A stretch of DNA of 62,104 nt from Macrostomum lignano (Eukaryota). The DNA lies in NCBI GenBank assembly GCA_002269645.1, contig NIVC01003198.1, positions 1-62,104 of the forward strand, read 5' to 3'. Position numbers and translations under genes: made by a program. Below the pieces are notes generated by a model. The model was not told the DNA's origin. It saw nothing but the letters and a program-made list of their open reading frames with translations, and did no database searches. Every line of letters starts with the position of its first letter. The first letter of the stretch is position 1. Shown here piece after piece: positions 35,751 to 48,355 of the stretch.

Positions 35751-36616
35751 AGAAATTTTCTTCAGGAGGGATAGGCCGTCCCTACGTAGAACTTTTCTTC
35801 AGGAGGGATAGGCCGCCCCTACATAGAACTTTTCTTCAGGAGGGATAGGCCGCCCCTACATAGAAATTTTCTTCAGGAGGGATAGGCCGCCCCTACATAG
35901 AAATTTTCTTCAGGAGGGATAGGCCGCCCCTACATAGAAATTTTCTTCAGGAGGGATAGGCCGCCCCTACATAGAAATTTTCTTCAGGAGGAATAGGCCG
36001 CCCCTACATAGAAATTTTCTTCAGGAGGAATAGGCCGCCCCTACATAGAAATTTTCTTCAGGAGAGATAGGCCGCCCCTACATAGAAATTTTCTTCAGGA
36101 GGGATAGGCCGCCCCTACATAGAAATTTTCTTCAGGAGGGATAGGCCGCCCCTACGTAGAACTTTTCTTCAGGAGGGATAGGCCGCCCCTACATAGAAAT
36201 TTTCTTCAGGAGGGATAGGCCGTCCCTACGTAGAACTTTTCTTCAGGAAGGATAGGCCGCCCCTACATAGAAATTTTCTTCAGGAGGAATAGGCCGCCCC
36301 TACATAGAAATTTTCTTCAGGAGAGATAGGCCGCCCCTACATAGAAATTTTCTTCAGGAGGGATAGGCCGCCCCTACATAGAAATTTTCTTCAGGAGGGA
36401 TAGGCCGCCCCTACATAGAAATTTTCTTCAGGAGAGATAGGCCGCCCCTACATAGAAATTTTCTTCAGGAGGGATAGGCCGCCCCTACATAGAAATTTTC
36501 TTCAGGAGGGATAGGCCGCCCCTACGTAGAACTTTTCTTCAGGAGGGATAGGCCGCCCCTACATAGAAATTTTCTTCAGGAGGGATAGGCCGTCCCTACG
36601 TAGAAATTTTCTTCAG
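35751..36616. repeat. 37-bp minisatellite, ~23 copies
   Basis: Unit agaaattttcttcaggagggataggccgcccctacat, head to tail with no spacers. Confidence 0.97.
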
Positions 36617-36744
36617 AGAGAATAAGCCACCTCTATGGAGAAAAACAGACTTCAAAAAACATTTTTAGACTTTTCGGGAGGTGCAACGCCCGGATAGCCC
36701 CCTCTCTGTCGGGCTTGATGTTTCCTGTTTCTTTCTTCGGGTGG

Positions 36745-37090
36745 GTTTCACAACCGCTAAACTTCACAACCGCTAAATCATCTACTTTCAGTTAGCGCTA
36801 AGTTTCATAAACGCGAAAATTCACAACAGCTAAATTTTTTCCAGTCACTTTCACAAACGCGAAACTTCACAACCGCGAAACTTCACAAACGCGAAACTTC
36901 ACAACCGCTAAATGTCATCTACTTTCGCAACCGCGAAACTTCACAAACGCTAAAATTTTTGCACTTACTTTCACATACAACAGTCTTTTTAGCGGTTGTG
37001 AAGTTTAGCGTTTGTGAAGTTTAGTGTTTTGAAGTTTCGCGGTTGTGAAAGTAGGTGATTTAGCGGTTGTGAAATTTCGCGTTTGCGAAA
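36745..37090. repeat. Foldback/MITE-like element built from ttcacaaccgc(t/g)aaa subrepeats
   Basis: Left arm repeats cacaaccgctaaa; right arm repeats tttagcggttgtg (reverse complement). Confidence 0.7.
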
Positions 37091-38258
37091 GCAACCTCTT
37101 TCTTCTAGTAGTCTTTTGGCATTGTTCTGCGAATCTTCAAATTGTTTATATAGTGCCTTGCGTTAGAAATTGTATTGGTAAAGTTGATATTACGACTGGC
37201 GACTCGTATAAACCACGCGTCGTACCCTATGGTTTTCAATGCACTGGATTCAAATAATTCAACCAATCGTGAAAAATCAGGGGCACCTGATTGATACAGT
37301 TTTGAGGACAAATTGTTTTTCTTTTTTTTAAATTATCGAGTTTTCTTTTCTTCTAGTAGTAAAAGTAGAAAGTAGAGAGAGCGATTCAGTTGTACGATAT
37401 ACAATTGGTTTTTAATGCAGTATAAAACCCAAGGAGCTGCAGCTAGGGAAAGCAGCAATTGCTGTATGATGCACTTAAAAGCAGGCGGCTCGAGGCCGGC
37501 GCGAGCGCTACTAGCGCGATTGGAAAGCGGCTAGGCTTCGGCCCGTCTGCGATTTTCTGCTACACGTAGCAGGCGGCCCAGCAGAATTCCTCGGCGCATG
37601 CCGCCCGCAGCTGCTACGCTGACTGCTACGTAGTATGCTACCCGCCTGCCTGAGTCAAGCTAGGTCTGGCGTCTGCTTCTCAACAGCCCCACAATGGCAT
37701 ATCTCAACCATTGTGGGCTGGCCCGCGCTAGCAGGAGTCCACCCCACCGTGGGGCGGACCGCGCTGGCGGGTTATTCTTAGCGTGGGATGGTCTCCGCTA
37801 GCTGGCGGCCATAAACTGCATCTGTCTCTGTGTCGCGGAGGTGGGCGGGCGTCTTTTGGAGGGGCTTTTATTTTTGCCCCGAGCAGCTCAGGCCCGGCTG
37901 CTTAGTTTCGCTCTTGAACACGCAATTTTTTCCTTCGATTTCATTTGTCCTTTTTAACCACCAAACCTATCGAAATTGAGAGCAATAAATACATTCGATT
38001 TATCACTGGATAACCTCCTTCCTGTCCTTCCTCGGCGTCGTTCGCTGAAAGTACGTTACTGCAATTGGGAAGAAAAAAGTGTTACCTGTCCCCCTTTTCC
38101 AGTGTTCTTTTCCGAAAATTTTTCTACAATATAGTCAGGTTGTAAATTTCAGGCTACGAGCTTGCTGCGCTCCTGGCGAGGTTTCCATCACTAGCAGCTC
38201 AAAATTCAGAGACGATTGCACTCGGATTCTCGACTTCCCAGTCGCTGAGACCTGCTGA

Positions 38259-41081
38259 ATGGCCGGTGTCGAGTGTCACTCAGGCTGGTTGCCTGAAGTC
38301 AATTGCGACTGTCGAGAGATCGAGAGAATTTTGCAAGAGCTACAAAATACAAACAATACATGGATGAAAGGTTTCTGCCAGCTTGCTATAGCCCACCTGT
38401 ACACTCTACCTGGCTTCTGCAATTTGACTGAAGCATGGAAGGCTCTGAATTCCGCCAGTCAGCCAGACGAAGAGGTAGAACATAACTTATTTAACCTACC
38501 GACCATTGACATTCGATTTCTTGCCACAGCAATGAAACTAAGGCTTGAGAAAATGCAGTTAGGACACCCATCTAAGCACGAAGATTTAAAGAATGAATTA
38601 ACGACTTTATGGGCAGCTCAGGACGAGTCGGTGAAGGCAACTTGCTTGGTTGCCAAAGGCTGGACGATGCACTGGTTTGCAGTCGGACCGCAGCGAGACG
38701 AAGTTTTGAAATTGTGCCACAAAGCATTAAAGGATGCTCAAGAAAAATTAGCCACTATACCTGATGATGCTGGTCAATTGAGGCATGTCAAATTTCTCTG
38801 TCTGTTTGAGCTGGCTTGTACTTACTTCCAACAGCGAGATGATCACCATAAAATTCTTCAGGAAGAGCTTGACCTGTGGACTACTACCAAAATGTTATAT
38901 GATGAAAACAAATGGAATCACCCGCTGTTTGAGCTTGACTTTTACAGGGCCGTCGCTTCCATTCCGAAACACTTTGATGACTGCAGAACTTTCGCCGATG
39001 AGAAGTATTGTGAAATCATGAATAAGTCTAGCTTGTTGAATCAACTCTTTGAAGCTTATTGCGCTCTTCCGGAAATCTACGACGTGCTGAAGAAACAAAA
39101 AAATGGCAAAGATCTGGCAGAGGATTTTAGAACTAAAATAGGTAAATTGCTGGAAGAGGGAACCAATTTCAACGAATGCGAGATGCATAAAAGATTTTTG
39201 CGTCGAAGAATCGAGTCAACTGAATCAAAGACTGCAATCGACTTGCTCAAAAGTGAAGAGAACAAATGGAAGAACGAGTACTGGTTTGCCAATAGACTCA
39301 TCGTGCTAGAATTATTGGTAGATGATTCACTGGTTGAAGATTTCATGCAACGGTTCGAGTCTCTCTGTACAAACTTTCCATTAATGGCACCGGAAATGCG
39401 CTTAGAAAAAGGCATATTTCTGTTAAAGTGCGGCAGCGTCGAAGAAGGAATGCACAGCCTCACCTGGGCAATGAATGACTATCTGCATCCTCCGCTAAAC
39501 TTTAAGCCTTACTACTCTAGCAAGCTAAAGGATGTAGAGTCGTTCTTGAAGGATTCTGAGCGTGATTTGTATCTGATTTGGATTGAAAGTCAGTTTAAAA
39601 CTGATTTTAAGACTTATCACTTCGATGACTCCATTCGAAGGTACCGGACTGAGCTCACAAGGAAAGATCTGACGAACAAACATCGCCATTTCATCAGTGA
39701 GCACATCGGAAGGCTGCTGATGAAGAAGTCGCAATTTGAAGAGGCGGAGCAAAAGTTCAAGTCTCTGCCTGACGCACTTGAGCACAAAAACGCAATGATT
39801 GCTGACTCCCTCTTGTGTCAGGCGGAGAGCTTGTCGAGCGGTGATGACGTCACAGAAGTTTGCAAGGCCAAGCTACAGGAGTATAAAGCACAGCCAGATA
39901 ATGCAGTTCACACAACCAGCATCGGGATGCGGCTGTACCTGCTGAACGAGTGTGCAAAGCTAGGCTGCAGAGACGCCATTCATGAGGCTCTGCTTCTGCT
40001 GGAGGACATCCGGAAGCAGAGTGGCGGAGGTCACTTGTTGCAGCCAGCTCCAAACCATTTGTTCCTGCACAGCAGTCGCGTCTACGTGTTCTGCTCCCGG
40101 CTGCTTCAGCTGAGAGAGCAGGGATTCCATATCGAGCGAAGAAAAAGCTTTTTGGACTCTGGCGGTGACCAGATGGGTGACATGCTGGACAAAGTAGAGC
40201 AAATCTTGGCCACTGAGTTGTATCCAAGAAGAATTCGACTGAAAATGACACAGCTGGGCTTGAAGTATGAATCAGTAGAGGAAATGCTTCAGAGTCCCGA
40301 GGCTGAGCGCAGCATTTGGCACACGCTGGAGGAGTCCCGAAAAGCACTCGATAGCTTCTGGACTCAATTCGTCTCTAAAGTAGAGAAGCAGGAAGCTGTC
40401 TCTGAGTCGAAGAATGTTCCCAGATATTACCCATTTGCCCGCCGTGATTCGAAAAGCAGCACTGAAAGCTTTTCAAACCTTTTCAAAAACAATTGGAGCG
40501 ATCAAGCAAAACTGTTTACTTCACTACTTCAAAGCATGAAAAGCACTGTTGATTGCCTCACCCAGGCTGAAGAGAATGGAGTTGAACTTGATGCATGCGT
40601 GAGTTCTCTGGAAAATATTAAAAAAGCGAGGTTAAAAGATGAAGTATCAGATGATCAGCTAAACGATTTCAAACAGCAGCTGGAGAAGCTCAAGAAATTT
40701 CGCAACACTGCAAAAAGTTCCGCAAGTAGTAGTCAGTCAAAGCAAGCAGTCTCAATCGACAAGCTTAGAAAGTCAAGTGAGAAATTTATCGAAATGCTAC
40801 AGAAACCATTCCCACTCGCATTTCGAGGGAATGACGAAGTCTGTAAATGGATGATCCGGAAAGAAAAAGCCATTGATTCCAACCACGGTTGTTGGCACGT
40901 ACACTGGTGCAACGTAGCAAACTCAGATAAGCACGATGAGCAGGTTAATCTTGCCAGATTCAACCAAGAAATCAAAGAAAGATTTGATCAGAAGAAGAGT
41001 GGGCCAATTGATGTTCTGGCTTTGGCTCATTGCGCTGCGGAATTCGCTGAAGAGGCCAGGCTCGTTCTAGAAGAGTACACG
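38259..41081 (+). CDS. Gene A exon 1 (941 codons): IFIT-like TPR N-terminus plus HEPN-like region
   Basis: Uninterrupted ORF. The gtaag donor at 41082 sits at the same position (KYT/EYT) as in gene B. Domain calls rest on motif recall. Confidence 0.9.
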
Positions 41082-42142
41082 GTAAGTTTTTCTTAATTCC
41101 TTTTTTAAGAATCAAGAGAAACTATTTTTAATTGGACATTTTAAAATGGAGATCATCGAACAAAGATTATTCAAATGCTGTTTTCAAGCTCTTTTCGATA
41201 GTGTAGCAGGTGTAATTTTACTTATTTGTTCGATCTCGCAATTTCCACTAAATACCACCAAGTTGTAGCAGATTTATTTGTTCTGCCTAATTGAATCCCT
41301 CCGTTTGTCACTAAGTTATAACTCTTTCCTAGGAAATTTCCTGGTTCACTAGATTTCTTTGAAATCTCGTGGTAGCGATGAGTGCCCGAGCGGTAAGACA
41401 CTGTTCTAAATTGCTAAATTAAATCCAAAATTACAGCGTTCCCGGGGATCAAGGGTGTCCAGCGGCAAGCCTTAATACCTAATATTTGTCTGTCTTCTAA
41501 TGCCTAATAATTTAATGAATCTTATGACCTTCTTAATACCCCTTGAACCTGTACGGCTTTATCTCTACTTCTGGGTCTGTACGACCTTTATTGCCTGTAC
41601 GGCCTTTTCCCTACTTCTGGTATAAGAAATGAATAAGCAAAGATCATCTCTCAGCAAAAATTTCCTTTATCAAAAGAGGTAAGCTAGGAAGGAACAAACT
41701 AGAGCTTGTTATGTTATGTTATAAGAAACGAGACCAAATGGCTTGCTAAGTTGTGTCGACAGCTCTTGACTCAATCGATAAGTAAGCGAGGTCTTTTATT
41801 AGTTAATTTGCAAGTACGTACATTTAGAAAGTACAGTGCATCGCGTAGATGTACATAGAGCGCTCAATGCTAACACAACACCTCCCTACCATAGAATGGG
41901 AAATATAAAAATATTCGAAAGAAAAAAACCTTATTCGATCACGACATCTAACAAAAACGATTAAAACTAACGAAGCAATCGATAATAATCGTCGAACTTG
42001 AAAAACAAGATTAGGGGAATAAAAAAACAAAAATCTAAATTCTTAAATCAAAATACTTCATCTTAAGCTTTACGAGTTATTAAGCAAAAATCAATTAAAC
42101 CTCTTAGTTAAATCAAAGACTGGCATTTACATTTATACTTAT

Positions 42143-45100
42143 TTAAAAACTGTCCTGATACCTCATCGGCTTCTTGATGAGTCGCCACTTGGCTGTGCGA
42201 TATTCGATCTGATCAGATGCAGAGGCCGGCTGCGCTGAGGCCGGCTGCGCTGAGGCCGGCTGCGCTGAGGCCGGCTGCGCTGAGGCCGGCTGCGCTGAGG
42301 CCGGCTCCGCTGAGGCCGGCTGCGCTGAGGCCGGCTGCGCTGAGGCCGGCTGCGCTGAGGCCGGCTGCGCTGAGGCCGGCTGCGCTGAGGCCGGCTGCGC
42401 TGAGGCCGGCTGCGCTGAGGCCGGCTGCGCTGAGGCCGGCTGCGCTGAGGCCGGCTGCGCTGAGGCCGGCTGCGCTGAGGCCGGCTGCGCTGAGGCCGGC
42501 TGCGCTGAGGCCGGCTGCGCTGAGGCCGGCTGCGCTGAGGCCGGCTGCGCTGAGGCCGGCTGCGCTGAGGCCGGCTGCGCTGAGGCCGGCTGCGCTGAGG
42601 CCGGCTGCGCTGAGGCCGGCTGCGCTGAGGCCGGCTGCGCTGAGGCCGGCTGCGCTGAGGCCGGCTGCGCTGAGGCCGGCTGCGCTGAGGCCGGCTGCGC
42701 TGAGGCCGGCTGCGCTGATTCGTCGAGATTTTGATGTACATCTAGTTCTTGGTGATATTCGTCAAAAGGAACTCCAATTTTCCGTAGTCTGAGAAATCGT
42801 GTGTTCCGTCTGAGAAGCTGACCTGTCTCCGTGCGGACGAAAAAAGATCTTCTGGAGTCGCCCACCTCACTGTCGACCTCAGCCGCCATCCAGTCTCGGC
42901 GACCACGCTGAAGCCACACAGGGTCGCCAACGTTCAGTTGATGAAGCGGGCGAGCACCGCGATTGTAGAGTTGTGCCGCTCGGTTGCGCTGACTCTCGAA
43001 AGCCTCAATACTAGCTTGAATGTGGGTCTCTTTAGGACGAAGATCTTGGAAAGTCGCTGGCAGATCACACCGCAGTTTTCTTCCGAATGCCATCTCAGCA
43101 GGACTCGGAAAGCCGCTTCCAATCGGTGTGTTTCGATAGTGCAACATGGCCATTTCAAAGCTTTGCCCAGTCTCGTGGCACTTCTTGATCATGTTCTTGG
43201 CTGTCTGCACGTACCGCTCGGCTTTCCCATTAGACTGCGGGTAGGTCGAACTGGAGGTCCTGTGCTTTACTTTAAAGATCGATAGCATTAGCTGGAACTC
43301 GCGAGACGTGAATTGTGGACCACCATCACTGATGAATTTCTCCGGGACTCCCAAGTTGTGAAAGTGCTCGCGGAGAATTTGCACGACAGCTGATGTCGTG
43401 GTTGACCGCAGTCGGTTAATGCTCATCCAGTGACTGTAGAAGTCTACGTAGAGCAAATAGGTTGCACCAGAGAACTAAAAAAGATCCGCTGAGCATACTT
43501 GAAACGGAAAATCCGGGAATATCCACCGACATTAGTGTCTCCTTTGACTGTGTCTTCATGTTTTTTTGACACGACTCACATTGGCCTACTGTGCGCTCGA
43601 TGCAGTTGCGCATGCCAGGCCAATAAAAATAATCTTTCGCCTTTAGGTCCATTTTGACTATGCCTGGATGGCCGGCGTGTAAAATGTTGAGAACGCTTTT
43701 TCTTGAGTTTCCTATAGGTACGTAGATTCGATATTTAAGACAGAGCAGGCCTGCTACCTCGGTCAGATCATGCCGAACGTCCCAGAAAACCTTTAAGTCT
43801 TCAGACAGGCTCGATCGACGCTCCGGCCACCCATCTCGGATCACATCCAGCAGCCGCATGCTTGTCGCATCCGATGATGTTTCAGTGCGTATCATGTCGA
43901 GAATTTCAGCGTCACCACTGAAGCAGCGCTCCACTGAAAGGACCTGCCATCTAGAGCTTCTTGAAGCTGCACTGCCAAGTAGTCCGTCGGCCCGTATGCT
44001 CGGCTCAGAGTGTCGGCCACGTACAACTCCTTTCCTGGTGTGTACTTGACCCGGATGTCATACGGTTGCAGCTGTAATAATAGGCGCTGAATTCTGGGAG
44101 TAGTGTCACAGAGCGCCTTTTTGAAGATTGCTTCCAGTGGCTTATGATCACTCTGTTCTTGAACTGTGCGGCCCCACAGGTATCGATGAAACTTTTTGCA
44201 GCCGTATAAAATAGCTAGCAGTTCTTTTTCGATTTGTGCGTATGCTTTTTGAGCGTCTGTCATGGCTGACGAGGCAAAATCTACCGGTCGGTCGTCTTGA
44301 AGTAGAACAGCTCCGATGCCACTCTTGCTTGCATCCACTGAGACAACCACCGGCTTGCTGACATCAAATGTTGCTAGAACGCGCTCAGAGCAGAGTTCAG
44401 TGATGATGGAGTCGTACGCCTTGTCATGCTGGTTCAGCCAGCTCCACATAACGTCCTTTTTTAGTAGATGTCGCAGTGGCTCTGCAGTCGAAGAAAGGTG
44501 TGGGCAGAACTTAGCAAGATACGTTACACAACCCAAAAATCGTCTCAGCTGTTCTCGCTTAGCTGTTATGCTCTCAAAATCATTCGGCCGAGTCATTTCT
44601 TTGATTGCCTTAACTTTTCCTGGGTCTGCTCTTAAACCCATTCGATCCAAGGATATCGCCTAAGTAGTTCAGCTCTGTTAAGCCAACTCTCATCTTCAGT
44701 GGGTTCAATGTGACATTTGCACGGCTGCACTGCTCAAGAAGGTCACGGACGGCTTGATCATGCTCTTCGACAGTTTGACCCCACACGATAATATCGTCGA
44801 AAAAATTCTTAGCATTTTTAAGTGATTTGTGACATTTTCCTCCATACGCTTCTGGAACACCTCGAGAATTGAGCTGAGTCCATACGGAACACGTTTCCAG
44901 CGGTAACGGCCACACGGTGTGTGAAAAGTGGTCAGAAACGAGCTTTATTTGTCCAGCTTGAGTTGATGAAAACTCTCATTTGCGTCAAATGAGCTGTACA
45001 TTACAGCTCCAGCTGTTGCTATTCGAACCTCCGCTGTCGGTATCGGGTGGTATTCTCTAATTATGAATAGGTTCAGATAGGTCGGGTCGAGACACAGTCT

Positions 45101-46580
45101 CATTGATATATGGCGACATACTATGGCGACATTCGAGACCCATTGTGTTGGCTCATCAACCCGAACGATGGTGCCATCTTTCTCTAGTCGTTCAAGCTCG
45201 CACTTTAGAGGCTGGTATGCTGCAAATGGAACCTTTCGAGGTGGCTGAACCTTTGGAACAGCGCTATCGCTTAGCCGAATCGTATAAGGTTGACTCATAC
45301 AGCCTACACCGTTAAAAACTTTGGCGTAACTAGTTTTCAGTTGGCCTGGAGTGAGCTGTGATGGCTTTGTGACCTTAGCGAAAGTCTTTGGACTTTGTTG
45401 GATACTAAATAACTTTTTGATTAATTCTAGGTCTTTCAGTGCAGACTTGTAGCCAATTATTGGCGTCGAGTTCTCGCCTACTACCACTAGCTGAATTCGG
45501 AGATTCTTTTTGCAGGGTGATGACACAGTCAAGTGTGTGACACCTACATCATCCAGCTGCTGCTTATTGTACGTCATCAGTGTCCATGAGGTTGGCTCGA
45601 TCTGAGCCTTTGGAGCCAGCTGAGTTAGGTGCCTCAATGGTATGACGTTGACGTCTGCCCCTGTGTCGACCTTGAACAGCAGCTTTCTGCCAGTCTCTTT
45701 AACAGTCAAACTCACCATCATTGGGGAATTGCTAGTTGGTGGATTATCCTGGCCGCAGTTTGGCTTCTCCAGCGTCATGCTCGATGCCGACATAGGAACT
45801 AGAGACTCGTCTTCTTCAACCAGCTCATTAATCTTCTTGGACGAGCGGCACATTCATTCTTTCGACCACAGGTGCTGCATTGCTTTCCATAGGCCGGACA
45901 CTTGCGTCGTTCGTGTTGGTAACCACAGTAACCGCAGCTGCGTCCCGGTGGCTTGAATTGGCTGGCTGACCTTGAACCGCGTCCACTGATGAAGATGTCG
46001 CACTGAGTGGAATTCGACTTGGCTGTGCGGCTGTGCTAAGGCTCGAGCTTGTCGCTTTGATGTCTCAGAAGCTCGTCCGATTTGAATCGCACGGTCCAGT
46101 GTGAGCTTTTCCTCCCTCAACAGTCTTTTTCGAAATGCTGGGTCGTTGCTCCCGATGACAATTTAGTCTCTAATGACGCTGTTGACGATATTCTCCCGAT
46201 TTGCTGGCTTTTCGTAGTTGCATCGTTTTATTAACTGACGCAGAGAGCTAACAAACTGATGGAATTCCTCTGCATCACCTTGGACTCTAGTCCTGAAATG
46301 ATAGCGCTCAAATGTCTCCTTAGAGTTTGGCTCACAATATTCTTGAAATTTTGCGACTACCTGCTCGTATGTCTTTACTTCCTCTGCTGCAAATGTTGAA
46401 TAGATGTCTTGCCCTTCGGCTCCTAATGCAGTAAGAAGTGTTGCAATTTTCACTTCGTCGTCCTCGCTCGTCTTCTTGGTAGCCTTCATTTAGAGATCAA
46501 ACGCCATTTTCCATCTTGGCCAATTCTCCGCACGGTTTGTATCAAAGGCGATTCGGTTCTGGAGGCCTCAGACCATCCAT
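42143..46580 (-). pseudogene. gag-pol: Gypsy gag-pol, frameshifted
   Basis: VDTGADVNVIP (protease), FFDDIIVWG (RT), VDASKSGIGAVLLQ and YAQIEKELLA (RNase H), HAGHPG...CESC (integrase zinc finger), SDGGPQF and PQSNGKAER (integrase core). Split over several frames. Confidence 0.92.
42226..42718 (-). repeat. 15-bp tandem repeat, ~33 copies, encoding (PASAQ)n in the integrase tail
   Basis: Unit ccggctgcgctgagg on the + strand, in frame in ORF 42143-43456. Confidence 0.97.
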
Positions 46581-46589
46581 GCTTATTTT

Positions 46590-48038
46590 ACAAGTAGTAT
46601 GAAGACGCACACGTCTTTTTGCCACCAGTGAACGGGCTTCTTTTTAGACGTGGGTCTTCATACTACTTGATAAACCTAGTTTTGTACCGATAAAAAAGAA
46701 CTGAGAATCTCAAGAAAAATTTAAATCTCTACTTATCCCATTTTTCTCTTTGTCTGTTCTGTTTTTCTCCTCTCTAATCTCTCTCTAGTCTCCCCTCTCC
46801 TCTCGCTTTTCTCTCGCCTTGCCTTATCTTTATCTCCTCTTTTCTCTTCTCTATCTATTCTCTTTCATTTCCTCTCTTATCTGTCCCGCAACCATGAACT
46901 GGAATCTTCTACAATAGGCCCTCGATCTAAAAAAATTGTCTAAAGTCTCTAGAGCGTAGCAGGGTTATACAACTCCATTTAAGCTGGTTGTTTCGGCGCA
47001 AGATCCTCTAGCATCAGCTTAAGTGCTTGGAAAGCCAGGCCAGTTTTGTGGGACCTAATACTCATACTGACTGATACTATCAATCAGATAGTACACTAAA
47101 CTGACATAAGATACGGGGTTGCAAAAAAAGCTATAAATAAAGTTATTCCAAAACTGTACATACCTACTTAATAAGCCGCGTATCGCCTGACCTTTTAGCC
47201 TGGGGGGGGGATGTACACATAGTGACTTGGAGCAGCGAAATCAGACGGCGGCAATATAGACCAATATAGTACAGCAACTATGCTATAGAAATTCGAAATC
47301 GGCTTATTCGCACCATGTTCTCAAAATTATAATGAGCAATAATGCGAAAGTCATGTGATTTTTTGAAAAATCGATTTTTTCGGCACTGCAGAATCGTAGG
47401 GAAACAAAACTTTAGACACTTGTAGATTTTTGCATTGCGCATCCAACTGCACTGCTTTGAAGCCCAAACTCAAAAAGCTTCGTAGGAAAAATTGGCGAAA
47501 TAATAAAATGAAGGTCATTTTTTACCCAAAAAACCCACCAAAACTGCATAAAGACGCCGAAATAAATTAAAGTGCCATATACCATTTTGTAGGAAATTTA
47601 GTTTTACAACTTTGATCCTTAGATGTCGAAGCCGTATCTCGTAAGGTGTACCAGAATTTTGAGATCTCCCAGAAGCACTTTTGAAAAAATCGTCTTTCCA
47701 CTTAATTTACGGCTTAGTAATAAAATCTCTGCACTTAAAAGTATATTCATTCGATAGATTTAAAAGTTTTCTATCGATCAACACCTCACTCAACTCAATC
47801 GGTGCAGTGGTTGCAAAACAGGAGCATTTTTTGGCGAAAAAACGTGAAATTTAAAAATGCTATGTAAGAGTCTAACTTATTTACTCGTAAATACTTTCTA
47901 GCCCATGTCGGCCTTCGGCCGCCATGGGTAGAAATTATTCACTCGCCCTCGGCCCCTAACGGGGCCTCGGGTTCTTTCGCTCTCGCCCGACGCCGCCTTC
48001 GGCGGCGCCGGGCTCGGCTCGTTCACTGGTGGAACTAG
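46590..48038. mobile_element. Composite X-Y repeat inserted between the Gypsy PBS and gag ATG
   Basis: Same as 1455-2870 but retains the GC hairpin cgccgccttcggcggcg. Confidence 0.65.
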
Positions 48039-48355
48039 TTGCAACTTAAGCTTGCGACGCCATGCTATGTTATAAGAAACGAGACCAAATGGCTTGCTAA
48101 GTTGTGTCGACAGCTCTTGATTCAATGGATAAGTAAGCGAGGTCTTTTATTAGTTAATTTGCAAGTACCTACATTTAGAAAGTACAGTGCATCGCGCAGA
48201 TGTACATAGAGCGCTCAATGCTAACAAAACACCCAAGTTAGATGGTTTTATTTTCATGCCAGGCGAAGCTTTTATATAATAAACAAAGGGGGTGTGGGGT
48301 GCATCGTAATTGACGGGGACAACTCAAAACTAAATTAGATAAAAATTTTAACAAA

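Larger units (their letters stand above)
41712..48226 (-). mobile_element. Ty3/Gypsy LTR retrotransposon inside gene A intron 1 (antisense)
   Basis: 164-bp LTRs at 41712-41875 and 48063-48226 (5 mismatches). PBS-like TGGCGTCGC and PPT-like GGTAGGGAGG. Domain order PR-RT-RH-IN. Confidence 0.93.

Noticed and set aside
35751-36616. 37-bp repeats resembling a CRISPR array in unit length
   Set aside because: Units are head to tail with no unique spacers, no cas genes are present, and the context is eukaryotic. The same applies to the 42-bp and 21-bp arrays.
37460-37910. GC-rich segment with small hairpins upstream of gene A as a promoter or ncRNA
   Set aside because: No diagnostic motif; it could equally be a transposon fragment.
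41370-41410. tRNA-Leu/Ser-like 5' sequence ggtagcgatgagtgcccgagcggtaagacactg
   Set aside because: A-box-like start only; no anticodon arm, T-arm or B box follows. At most a decayed SINE head.
42163-42792. (QRSRP)n and (RPAAL)n ORFs
   Set aside because: Alternative frames of the 15-bp repeat. Only the PASAQ frame is continuous with the integrase.
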